A stretch of 64,000 nt of DNA, taken from Paraphysomonas bandaiensis. Taxonomy: Eukaryota; Protista; Chrysophyceae. The notes beneath the pieces were generated by a model. That model searched no databases, had not been told where the DNA came from, and saw only the letters and a program-made list of their open reading frames with translations. Below, piece by piece: positions 25,976-38,118 of this stretch (positions are counted from its first letter, which is position 1; each line of letters begins with the position of its first letter). The stretch spans positions 124,001-188,000 of the forward strand of contig CBFFRP010000079.1 in the NCBI GenBank assembly GCA_965644295.1, read 5' to 3'. Both the position numbers and the translations under genes were made by a program.

Positions 25976-26572
25976 ATGAGTGATATGAATGATAGTAATG
26001 AAACAATAGAAACAAATGAATTGAATGAAACTATTAATCTACCAAATGATTTTACGGATGAGAATTTTCAAGATATGATACTTAGTTGGGTTGAATTGAA
26101 AGGTGCGATACCACCATATTATGATCGTTTTAAATCATGGAATGAAATGAAACCATTTCAAAAAAAGAAAGTTATACGTTTATGGAATGCTACATCGGAT
26201 CAAATGAAACAAGAGATTAAAGAGATGGCGTTACAGTATCGTAGAGGATTAAAAAAACGTTCAAGACCATCTAAAAAGAGTAAAAAAACAACAGGATCTA
26301 GTATGAATACAATGAATACAGTTGTTGCTACACAAAATTCACGTGGGATTGTATCGGATGAAGACAGGCAGTTAGAGAAGAAATTAAGAGTTGATGCTGC
26401 AAAGTTTCTCTGCACTCACAGTAATCCTGAACTGAAAGCACTGAGCGAAACTTTTCTAGGCAATATTGTGCGTGGAGTACCGAACGTATTTGAAACTAAC
26501 CCTCCGCCCCCACCAGCACCGGCACCAGCAGCATCTTCGAACAACGCTGATATTAATCATATTTTACTGTGA
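25976..26572 (+). CDS. Hypothetical protein (198 aa) with a basic, NLS-like central segment
   Basis: Single ORF with ACAACA-ATG context and the same AT-rich-5' codon pattern as neighbouring genes; no family recognised. Confidence 0.65.
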   Translation: MSDMNDSNETIETNELNETINLPNDFTDENFQDMILSWVELKGAIPPYYDRFKSWNEMKPFQKKKVIRLWNATSDQMKQEIKEMALQYRRGLKKRSRPSKKSKKTTGSSMNTMNTVVATQNSRGIVSDEDRQLEKKLRVDAAKFLCTHSNPELKALSETFLGNIVRGVPNVFETNPPPPPAPAPAASSNNADINHILL

Positions 26573-26640
26573 TGCTGCCCTGGTCGATATTCTGTGTCGT
26601 AGGTAGTTGAATGATGATTTGCGTATCAATATAGTTGTAA

Positions 26641-27310
26641 ATTTACCTTAAAATGGAAGCATTTGAAGTCGATGCTACTTGTTTCAGTTGATAATAGGGA
26701 ATTTTTCTGATATTACGGTTTTGCATATACTATCTCAGTGATGAGGTGATGTGCACAATACATAGTCGAGGAAACCATACAGGGGATATGAAGCTACTGA
26801 AACTTTAGAATTTGCATTATATTTTAGTGTATGTAATTTAGCGTAAATTAAAGTCAAAATATGTATGATTACATCGAAAGCACTCAAGTAGTTGTTCAGA
26901 TTCTAGAGATTTTCGAGAGCATAAAGAACACAAGGGTGTTTAAGGAACAAAAAAAAATAACATACCTTCATTTTAGCTGCACAATGAGATTAATTTAACG
27001 TATGTCATCTGCTATGCTTTATTAATAGCAGACATCTTCTCTTACAAACTGCGCAGAGGGTTTAAAGAGAACACTCAACAACTAGTCAATTACAGTTTTG
27101 TCTTGTGCTGTATGTAGCTTAGAAAAGGATTATAAGTGACGGAAGTTACAGTGTGAATTGTGAATACTAGAAGCTATAATTACTGTTCTATAATATCTAG
27201 GGATTTACCTTAGAATGGAAACATTTGAAGTCGATGCTACTTGTTTCAGTTGATAATAGGGAATTTTTCTGATATTACGGTTTTGCATATACTATCTCAG
27301 TGATGAGGTG
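26641..27310 (+). repeat. 108-bp direct repeat pair (26641-26748 and 27203-27310)
   Basis: Two mismatches by eye; the second copy abuts dispersed repeat copy B. Confidence 0.92.
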
Positions 27311-27535
27311 TCAGGTATATCGGCATTTTGCTTGCTCATTGCGTTTGCTTAGAGCCTTGAGCGGTAGAGCGAAAGTGGTTTCACCTTGGTGACGCACAAG
27401 CAGCTTTCGTAACACCAAATGGTAGATGTTAGAGTTAAGCACTAGTTGGTTAAATTGTGTAGCTACATTAGTTCTGACTCTTACACCTTACACACCTACT
27501 TCTAACTGCAAATAATCAGTCATTCACTACTGTTA
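27311..27535 (-). repeat. Dispersed ~220-bp repeat, copy B
   Basis: Reverse complement aligns colinearly with 13263-13482 and shares the terminus GATATACCTGA. Confidence 0.85.
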
Positions 27536-27692
27536 CCTTGTTGATACATCAGCGTAGCAAGTAGCAATGATTGGGCCAACGATTAGTACTTTGCATGAAT
27601 ACAAACCAAACATTTAGTAGCAGTAGTTGGCCTTACGAACACTAACAAGGTGGTAAAACTGAACACTACTTATTACAATGAAATTGCGATTA

Positions 27693-29227
27693 TTATTTCT
27701 GATTGCGTCGATGCTCTTCCTGTCCTAGCTTAACTGCCTTCTTTAAAATAGATTTTAGATCCTGATTGTCATCATCAAGTTGACATCCTTCGTATGCTGC
27801 CACTGCTGCATCCTCAAACATATTGAGCGCTAGTCTTGCTGTAGCGAGACGATAACAACCTTTAGGCCAGTCAGGTTTAAGACGTCTACACACTTCCGCG
27901 TCACGAAGAGCATTGGACTTGTGTGAGAGTGAGATAGCTGAGTCAGTGGTAGATGAAGCCAATGAGAGGTAGCATGCACTACGGTTGCTCCATAGCACAT
28001 GGTTGCGAGGGTTAAGTTCTATTGCCTGAGAATACACATCCGCGGCCTGCTTGTAATCTCCGGCCAAAAATGCTGAGTTTCCTGATGTCTTCAGTTCATC
28101 AGACCGTTTCACATCTTCCTCTGATACATTCTCCGGTAATGCCGCTAAAGGATCCTCCGCTGGTGGGGGAGGAGGTGCATCAGCACTCTGCTGTTGTTTA
28201 TGTGCTTCCTGCCACGCAGCAAGGCGTCGCTTCCCGTCCTCCAAGACGGCCTCCATGCATACCTCACTTCTGGAAGAATCGGTAAAAAATTCATTTGGAA
28301 GATTAGAGGAATGTGCCGCAAGGGCGCGGATAATATCTTCGTGTCCACCCATGGCTGCTAAATGGATGGGCTGATTACCATCGCTGTTCTCCACGGACGC
28401 CGTCTTCCGGCCTGTCTCAGAGGATAATATTGCTAACACCGCGGCATGCATGCCGTGTTCGGCACAGATATGTAACACGGTGAGATTACCAGTAACAATT
28501 AGCCCAACGTCCGCCCCAGCCTCAACCAGTGTAACCACTGACTCTTCAGAGGGAGCAACTGCCGCCATAAATAAGGCTGGAATGCCACTGGATCCAACGG
28601 AATCGGCATTGCAACCTTTGTCGAGCAAGTACCTGGGACGACATATGGTAAGTGAAAGCGGCTTGAGTGCAAATAATATTACCTTATCGCCTCAACACGA
28701 CCGCTACCAGCTGCCCAAGCCAGAGGTGATCCAGCCTGACTATTGACATTCACATCCGCTCCTGCTTCACAGAGAATGGACATGCGCTCAACAGAGCCGT
28801 CAGCTGCAGCGAAATGGAGAGCTGTGCCACCATCATTGTTTCTGGCATTACTATCCGCACCACGACTTAAAAATAAGCGCATCAATTCTGTACTTTCCGC
28901 TACAGTAGCATTGATTAAAGGAGTAAATCCATTTGCATCTTTTAAGTTGACAAGATTAGAGGGATTGGAACACTCTGATAGTGCATATTGCACTACATCA
29001 ACATTCTTCGTACTAGCTGCAACATGAAGTAATGTTTTTCCTTCACTTTGATATTTTTCAAATACATCTTGTAATGTTGCATGTGGTGTCTCTTGTAAAT
29101 AACTTTTAATACGTTGTAATACTTGTTGACCGTTACTTTCCGTTAAGAGATTCATTGCATCAGAATACAACTTCTGAGCACTCTGAGCATCTTTGTATTC
29201 AGCTTTTGAGACCTTTGAAGATTTCAT
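27693..29227 (-). CDS. Ankyrin-repeat plus C-terminal TPR protein, 2 exons
   Basis: Ankyrin motifs GKTLLHVAA, GFTPLINA, GGTALHFAA, GSPLAWAA, TVLHICA and GNQPIHLAA; TPR clamp LKTSGNSAF..YSQAI..SNRSACY..KPDWPKGCYR; intron ~28634-28682. Confidence 0.92.
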
Positions 29228-31247
29228 TGCAACAAATGATTCGTGATTATGTATGATAATTGTTTGTTGGATGAATAGAATGCAATTGTGATAGCAGTCT
29301 ATAGAGATATGTGTGTATATGCATGTATGGGTGTATATACCATACATACATACATATATACAGACCTACAGGCATATACCATACATGTATGTATGTATGT
29401 ATGTGTATGTATGTGTATGTGTGTGATGGAAAAATAGAATACTGAACTGATGGCTGTCGAGACTATGTATGGTGTACTATGGTATATCGTACTTAGAGAT
29501 GGGATGGGGATGTACAGCCGTACACCACTGCTATACTCTATGTGGAGACCGTACCTATGGATGATGTGCAACCTGCTGGACGTCCACTGCTGTGTGTTTG
29601 TATAGATACCGTACCTATGGATGATAATGCACACGTACATTGCTACTATGTACCTATTGTTCTATATATGCAACTCTGCATATGCTGCTGTGTATGTATG
29701 ATTACCAGTATACCGTACCTATGGATAATGATGTAGTACACTGCAACTGTACATATTGGTCTATATACAGTGGTACATATATGTATATATGCCTGTATAT
29801 CTACACATATCAATCCAATCTTTTGCATGATATGATCATATCCATATCCATACAGAGAGATATAAGCATATAGATGGATATACTAGATAATGATCATCAA
29901 ACATGCAACTACAACAATGAATAGGATATAGAGGAGCTCATTATCTTCGTCTCTTTACTCTCAAGTCACAGCTGGTTCTCTATACGTTATATATGTTATA
30001 TAAGTGATGCTGTTATGTGTTATATATGCCTATAAGTTACATAGGTTATATTCTTGTAATACAATACATACAGTTCGTACAGTATGTTATGTTAAACTGT
30101 TATCCCCATTTTTTGTCTCATATCAGCACTGGATATAAATACAGACATTCAACTTCAATACTCGGTTCAACTGAAGCTCACTTCTATCTTATTAACGATA
30201 TTAACTGTCTTTTATATGTGATTTTATTATATTACACAATTAGTGAGTAACACAATCATGAGTGAACTATCAAATGAAGATCATCAAACATCTATCACTC
30301 CAAGTCATCTTCCATCTTTCGTCTGCTGCAGAAGACCATAATGATGACAATGCAAGCAATCTATCTCAATATTCATAACCTGAACTCGAAACAATACTTC
30401 AAAAATATTACAGGAGAGTTAAAATTCCGCATCTGATGCCTTTTAGGTGATTTGGAGCGATGGCACCCAGTCCCTTCAGAGTTTCGGTCATGTCGTGATT
30501 TTCAGGAATATGTGCCTCATATTATACACACACCATTCGAGTCAGTTGCAGCATCAGGGCTTAAGGGTGTTGTACATAAATGTAAGATGCCTATGAAAAC
30601 AAGAATCCTCGTTCGACTACAATTCCAATTCATGTACGAATTTCAATTCCTTTGATATTCCCTCAACATCCTTCTGTGGTGTGTGGTGAGGGTACATTTG
30701 TTGTAACCATTATTGAATTTGAGGATTCATTGCTTGAGTTAATCTAGGACAATTCTCATTTCCTAAGTTTATGTATAACCTTTTGATATGAAATAATACT
30801 ATTATTTTTCATTTTTACTTAATGATAATCGGAGAGTACCTACTTCCTTTGCATCAAGTACGTTCTGTATATATTAGATTTTTAGCATCACGAGAATATG
30901 CTACAAGGGATAAGGTATATCGTCCCTTGTCCAAAATATTAAAATTCAGGCTTTTCGCCCTCGCTTCATGTGACAGAGCATGTCAACTAGATAAATATAT
31001 TCTTGTAACTTAAGTGACCTCAGCAATATATATATGCTCTTTATCAAAACAGGAGTTCTCTCTTAGTTTACAAGGTGTAAGATAAGTAAGAAAAAACATT
31101 TCTGGCTCACATGCAGCATTGATTACGCTACTCACCTTAACCTCATTCTATTTTAACAATCCAGTAATATTATAATCTAATTTATCAAAAAGTGTAGAAC
31201 GAAATGATAAGTCATCGCCTCTTACAAAAAGAGAAAACAATTCTCGC

Positions 31248-34200
31248 TCATTTTTTTAGAGAGAATCTTTTTAGCATAGTTTTTTTCAGCCATCCCTGTC
31301 CTTGACATTTTTTTATCAATTCTTTTGCGCGCTCACACAAATACCCTGTTTCATGATGAGTCAAGTGCTTCAGCTGGTGAATAATATCTTTCTGTACAAG
31401 CTTTTCACGAGCAGTCTCTGATGCGCATAGAACAGATAACAGCTCTACAGAGAGCAGTTTTACATCATGAGGAATGTCATTAGTATCCAAGGGATTGCCA
31501 TGCTCGTGATGAATGAGGCCAAGCAATACCTCAGGAAGGCCACTGTTAAATACCTCTTCGTGCATGTCCATATCCTTTCCCATGATTCCAAGTACACGTC
31601 CTACTGCAATTTTCAGATCAACTGGTGCATCCCTTACGAGCAAAACTAGCAATTCAAGTCCACTTCGCAGTATATCTCGTCGCAATGATGACTCCTTCGC
31701 CAACACTCGTAACACTTTGGCTGCAGTAAGCTGCGACCCCAATCGATTCGTTGGCTGCAACGTATCTAACAATATCGTTATTGCACCAGACTCAGCGAAA
31801 GAGTACTTGAGGTGATCGTGTGATGCCCCTTTGGCAAGAACCAATAAAATTTCGCCGGCATGCTTTACATCTTCAGCACTTCCAGACCGAATCTTACGAA
31901 TCAGGCATGATAAAACAGTTATCTGGGTGATGCTTCCTTCCCCATCCAATGCGGGATCATGCTTTAAACTGTCCAATACCTGAAGTGCGGCAGGCGAACT
32001 AAAAAACTCTCCCTGCTTCAGAAATGTGACTAATGCAGGAATCGCGCCAGCAGCAAAAATTTCGTTCCTTAAGGTAAGGTCTTTGCACATAATTTCAAGA
32101 TTCCAAAATGCAGCATACTTTTCGACTTCATCTCCATTTTCGAACAAGTTGACCATCAATAAAATTGCATTTGTTGCTAGAAATTTATGTGAGAGTGTAA
32201 CTACAAACGAGACAACTAACAAACCTAAAATGATGTCACGCAGCTCAGGCTTTTCACAAAATATTGCTAATATCCACATCGCCTCTTCACGTTGAGCATT
32301 TGATCCATCATCAAGAAGATCAACCAATTCATTTATCATTCTGCATTAGCACCAGTCATAACAGAATGAAAAGTAAGTTATATATTCTTCTACGCTTACA
32401 CATAATGTCACATCATATACATACACCAGACTAACCCTGATTGAACAATTGCTTCTAATTGAGCAGGGGTGCAATGGCGGGCCATCTTACGTAGTATGAC
32501 GCCTATTCGAAAGTTACATTACGCAAATAGATCGCAATGTTACAATAATACACACCAGAACTAAATCGAACTTTCTCGTTGCCCTCTCGAATATTTTCCA
32601 AAAACTCGTGAATAGCCTCTGCATCAAGTCTATCCTTATCGGTCTCGGAGTGACTTGCTAGCATTCCCAAAAACTGACTCGCAACAAAGTGCAATTCAGT
32701 CCCTTTTCTTAGGAGAGACACGAACTCTGGTATTGCACCTGCATCACAAAAAGCTCCTGCAGTAGTCGGGCTATCCTTCGAAAGTTCCACTACCATACGT
32801 TCAACCTGAAGCTTCAGTTTGCTATTCTCATTTTCTTTCAGCAAGTTAACCAGGTCCCTTGTCAGGTTTGAAGCTCGCAGTGCTGCTCTCGACGCCTCGT
32901 TTTTGCCAGATATTATAGCCATTATGTGAAGTGACTGTATTTTTTGTTCGTCAGTTCCTTCTCGGAAGAAAGCAATTAATTTAGGTAGTAGCTCATTTTT
33001 CACAACATCATCCTCTAAGGAAGGGTCCTGAATGACCACACGAACCGCTTTCAAGATCTGGTCACGCTGAGAAAACGAATCGGTGCGATTCACAACTAAC
33101 GTATCAAATACGACTTGTCTCTGGATGGGGTCCTTAGCAAGAGCCACGAGCTTATTGGTAGCGGCGATCCTTGTGTCAGATGAGCCCCTCTTGACATTGT
33201 CCACTAACTGAGGGACAACTGATATCTACACCATAGTCAGTGCTACATATATAGATATATAGATATATAGATATATAACTTGCAAGAGCGCTAGATATAT
33301 ACATACATATAGGTACTTAGAAGGGCGACAGATGCATATATACACATACACAGAAAAAGATAAATAGTTACATATACTTATATATAGAGATACTGATGTC
33401 TATAGATATACATTTACCAGGCCACTACATACATACACATATAAAGGTCTCTCTTTCTCTCTATATATATATGTGCGTGTATATGCCTACCAGGCCACTA
33501 CATACATATACATATACATATACAGGTCTGTCTCTCTATATATATGCCTACCAGGCCACTACATACATGCACATATACCGGTCTCTCTCTTTCTCTTCCT
33601 CTCTCTCTATACATGTGTATGTAAGCCTACCAGGCCACCACATACATGCACATATACCGGTCTCTCTCTTTCTCTATATGTGTGTATATGCCTACCAGGA
33701 CACCATACACATACACATATACAGGTCTGCATCTACATATGTGTATATGCAGGTCTCTATGTATATACGTATATCGTTACCAGGCCACTACATACATGCA
33801 CATATACAGGCCTCTCTCTCTCCCTATACATATATATATATGTATGTGTATATGCCTACCAGGCTACTACATACATACACATATACAGGTCTCTCTCTCT
33901 CTCTCGATGCATGTGTGTATGCTTACCAGGCCACTACATACATACACATATACAGGTCTCTCTCTCTCTCTATGTATGTGTATATGCCTACCAGGCTACT
34001 ACATACATACACATATACAGGTCTCTCTATGTATGTGTGTGTATATGCCTACCAGGCTACTACATACATACACATATACAGGTCTCTCTCTCTCTCTCTA
34101 TGCATGTGTGTATGCTTACCAGGCCACTACATACATACACATATACAGGTCTCTCTCTCTATGTATGTGTGTGTATATGCCTACCAGGCTACTACATACA

Positions 34201-34582
34201 TACACATATACAGGTCTCTCTCTCTCTCTATGTATGTGTGTATGCTTACCAGGCCACTACATACATACACATATACAGGTCTCTCTCTCTCTCTATGTAT
34301 GTGTGTATGCTTACCAGGCCACTACATACATACACATATACAGGTCTCTCTCTCTCTCTATGTATGTGTGTGTATATGCCTACCAGGCTACTACATACAT
34401 ACACATATACAGGTCTCTCTCTCTATGTGTGTGTGTATGCTTACCAGGCCCCTGGAAGAGTTTCTCTCCACAGCTTTAATAATATCAAGATCCGACTCAC
34501 ATCGAACACCATTGATAGTCTTCGCCTCATATTCGACTAATGAAGGTATCTCCTCATTATCTTCTTCAATGAAATCAGACAT
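31248..34582 (-). CDS. Armadillo-repeat protein, ~4 exons, with a 1219-bp first intron
   Basis: Exon 1 34582-34445 splices in phase 0 to 33225 (ISVVPQLVDNVK). ARM-like motifs DAGAIPEFVSLL, AAGAIPALVTFL, ESGAITILL and NSGLPEVLL. Confidence 0.85.
33414..34450 (-). repeat. Intronic minisatellite, 16 copies of a ~61-85 bp unit each containing CCTG|GTA
   Basis: Plus-strand TACCAGG recurs at ~33415, 33488, 33549, 33628, 33693, 33778, 33857, 33924, 33989, 34050, 34117, 34182, 34247, 34312, 34381 and 34442 (the real donor). Confidence 0.93.
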
Positions 34583-34631
34583 CTTTCCTTCTTAATGTAT
34601 AGTACGACTGCTCTTAAGGCTTATATAGAGA

Positions 34632-34879
34632 TATGTGTGTATCTATGTGTATGTATGTATGTATGTATGTATGTATGTATCTATGTGTATGTATGTATGT
34701 ATGTATGTATGTATGTATGTATGTATGTATGTATGTATGTATGTATGTATGTATGTATGTATGTATGTATGTATGTATGTATGTATGTATGTATGTATGT
34801 ATGTATGTATGTATGTATGTATGTATGTATGTATGTATGTATGTATGTCTAGATGTATGTATGTATGTATGTATGTATG
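34632..34879. repeat. (TATG)n microsatellite, ~250 bp
   Basis: Direct reading; begins ~50 bp upstream of the ARM gene ATG. Confidence 0.98.
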
Positions 34880-37120
34880 GACTGCATATGTGAAACTCTG
34901 TGGGTTTTTTCCTCATCTAGAAACCCCACCTGTGAAAGGAAATGTTTCACATATGCCTCGAATACGGATGAATATATAGTAGATAATCATATTCCATCCA
35001 TATGTGAAATATTTCCTTTCACAGAAAAATCGGCACTTTTTTATGAGGAAACTACAACTTTATAGGGAAATAGCCACTTTATTAGTTGTAAAACACTGTT
35101 AGAATACTCTACTATTCTCCTTGAACGTCACAGCCGTTAGTGGCATATATCAATATTCGACCATACTTACTGCAAACATGAGTGAGACAGATTCAGACAG
35201 GGAGGAAGCGTTGCTTCAATAGTGAAGAGGAAGTGGCCGTGTACGCCGACAGCCGGTTGTGTCTGTTGACTCCAATGCTGATAATGTATCTGACTATAAG
35301 AATTAACGAACAAAAGGAGGAATGAAAGCAGCATACAAGAAAAAGGTTGGCCATATTGTAGCGTGGTGTATAAAAGCGTACCCTGAAGCTCTGATGATGA
35401 TGAAAATTTGAAGATTCTATTCCCGAAAGACATCTGTCTTGAGTACTTCGGCCATCTGTTCACACCGGCTCACGTAGGAGCGAAAGAGGGAAGCTAAGGG
35501 CCCCAGATGACATTCCAGAAAGTGAATCTGACCCCCCTAGTAGATCCCACATTAAGGGATATAGAAGCCCTATAGTCTACTTATATACCTTAAGAAATAT
35601 GAAGCTGGACGTGGATGTAATCTTAGACTTAGAACTAAGCCAGGCGATAGATGGCTATGAGAAAGACATGAGAACTCATGAAACCAGAAGTGGGTAAAAG
35701 TCCGTTTAAAATGAATGGCTATAAAATTTTAGCGACGAATATGATGTTGATGGTTCCCTGTGCTATTGCAGGCAGTTGGTCCTATATCTTGTTCATGTGG
35801 GCATATTTTGTACTGATGTGGAATATAATGAGTAGATCTGATTCAGTAGCTTGATTGATGTTTGAATATTTTGACTGGAGAGGTGATGCAATGCTTGTTC
35901 AAGAGCAAGGAGACACAAACTGGACAAAAAGACTAGTAATGAAACATTCTCTAGTGCGCTGGATATAATTTTGAATCATATCGTAAGTGTTCATAAGTTA
36001 AAGCAGATGGATAGAGTTTCGTACGGTAGCTTGTACAATGCAATCTGCAAGTTGAAATGTGTATGGAATGATATATGTCACTTATTTAAATTTAAGCAGT
36101 AGAAATCAAAGAACTCTTGACAAACAGCTCTATAAGGCTGACAAATATGTATATATGTTGTCAGTGGATATGTTATGACATTATGTGATATACGATATAC
36201 TTACATCTACATCGGCACCTTCATCTTGATGAAGGATTAGTAGACAGCTCTACATTACAGTGTCTGATAAACACTGATGCTAATATATGATATAAGTTGT
36301 AAGTAAGTGGTAAGTGGATACGTATGCTATAGCATTATGTAATATACGATATACATCCATCTCTTATCTACGACAGCACCTTCATCTTGATGAATGATAT
36401 ATGTAAACCTCAGTCATATTTACAGGACACAACAGATCATTACGAATGATACAGCATTAGGAGTCATATGGTCGACAGGCTCTTCACTGGTTGGGTCGTA
36501 AGAGGCGTCCCTATACCACATACATACACTCCCACCACCCCCACAACTCATCCACACTCTCATATTACTCATATGCCATCCTTATAGAGGAAGCCCTCAT
36601 ATGGATGATCACCACCAGCTGCACTAACAACAGCGTCACAGTCTTCTAACGGATACTATGCTTCCACAGCACCATTAATGCAGATACACCATATAAAATA
36701 ACATACTCAGAAGCGCATTAGTGGCGAAGGCTTCTGGTACAGTTATATGACTATTCAGGGTGCTCCATGCGGTCTATGCATGTATATGTGTGTGGGTGTT
36801 CTGTATGTATGTGTGTGTATCTGCTGCGGTATTATTCATATGATCATACGAGTCTCTCTCCTCATGAGGAGCACACACCACTAAACACCCCTATGACTAC
36901 ACACTGTTGATAGTCCTCACTCGTGTCTGTGAGTAGAGGCAGCAGCAGAGCCTCTGAATCATGTACTCATATATGCATATATCCATATCACATTCACTTC
37001 GAAGTCACCCAGAGATATACACTCATATACGCACACGTATACCTATGTATACCATATACACAGTATACAGAGAATACGTTGATTCACAGTTGTAGTAAAA
37101 AGTTTCACATATGCACTCAT
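34876..37120 (+). mobile_element. Defective Crypton-like (tyrosine-recombinase) DNA transposon between two (TATG)n arrays
   Basis: Left junction TATGG; perfect 15-bp inverted repeat TGCATATGTGAAACT (34883-34897, 37101-37115); internal YR pseudogene. Boundaries are inferred. Confidence 0.65.
35178..35955 (+). pseudogene. Truncated Crypton-type tyrosine recombinase
   Basis: Fragments YKKKVGHIVAW, IKGYRSPIVYLY, IDGYEK, then MKPEVGKSPFKMNGYKILA..LFMWAYFVLMWNIMSRSDSVA*LMFEYFDWRGDAML..(GDQTG by frameshift)..KH, resembling stramenopile Crypton YRs. Stops and frameshifts present; catalytic C-terminal half absent. Confidence 0.78.
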
Positions 37121-37123
<3 letters not shown>

Positions 37124-37152
<29 letters not shown>

Positions 37153-37650
37153 TGTATGTATGTATGTATGTATGTATGTATGTATGTATGTATGTATGTA
37201 TGTATGTATGTATGTATGTATGTATGTATGTATTTATGTATGTATGTATGTATGTATGTATGTATGTATGTATGTATGTATGTATGTATGTATGTATGTA
37301 TGTATGTATGTATGTATGTATGTATGTATGTATGTATGTATGTATGTATGTATGTATGTATGTATGTATGTATGTATGTATGTATGTATGTATGTATGTA
37401 TGTGTGTATGTATGTATGTATGTGTGTATGTATGTATGTATGTATGTATGTATGTATGTATGTATGTATGTATGTATGTATGTATGTATGTATGTATGTA
37501 TGTATGTATGTATGTATGTATGTATGTATGTATGTATGTATGTATGTATGTATGTATGTATGTATGTATGTATGTATGTATGTATGTATGTATGTATGTA
37601 TGTATGTATGTATGTATGTATGTATGTATGTATGTATGTATGTATGTATG
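37124..37650. repeat. (TATG)n microsatellite, ~530 bp
   Basis: Direct reading; ends in TATGG. Confidence 0.98.
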
Positions 37651-38118
37651 GGGAGATCACCAACCCATTTATGGCAGATAGAGAGTTTCTAAGACCAAAA
37701 AATAGTGGAATATTGTACTCTAAATTTCAAAAACTTCATATTTTTACAGAAAATTGGGAATATTTTGATGAATAAAATTTTGTAGAAATTTTTTCTTATT
37801 TGAAGAAAAGAAGAATGAGAACAAACTCATATCTGACGAATCAAATCTATATTATGAACTATATCATTATTCTATTGGCTTATAATTTCATGTTGTAAAC
37901 AATGGGGAAATACAGCGAATCAAAGCACTTATATGAAATATATTCATGTATGATTGGATATAAAATAGCTGGCATGGAGATGGTTAGAGCCTCATATATA
38001 TACACACACAGCAGAGCTAACTATATATACACATACACACATACATACACACATAGCACTCTAGTAATCACACTATCCAGTAGGTATCATAATACCCTAT
38101 ACAAAACACTCTTTAATC

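Noticed and set aside
27350-27400. tRNA gene suggested by AGCGGTAGAGCG
   Set aside because: No T-arm GTTC motif or cloverleaf could be built; kept only as a weak hint for the dispersed repeat.
33396-34595. Three overlapping 277-399 aa plus-strand ORFs and a CRISPR-like periodic look
   Set aside because: They are translations of the intronic minisatellite. The spacers are near-identical rather than unique, there are no cas genes, and the context is eukaryotic.
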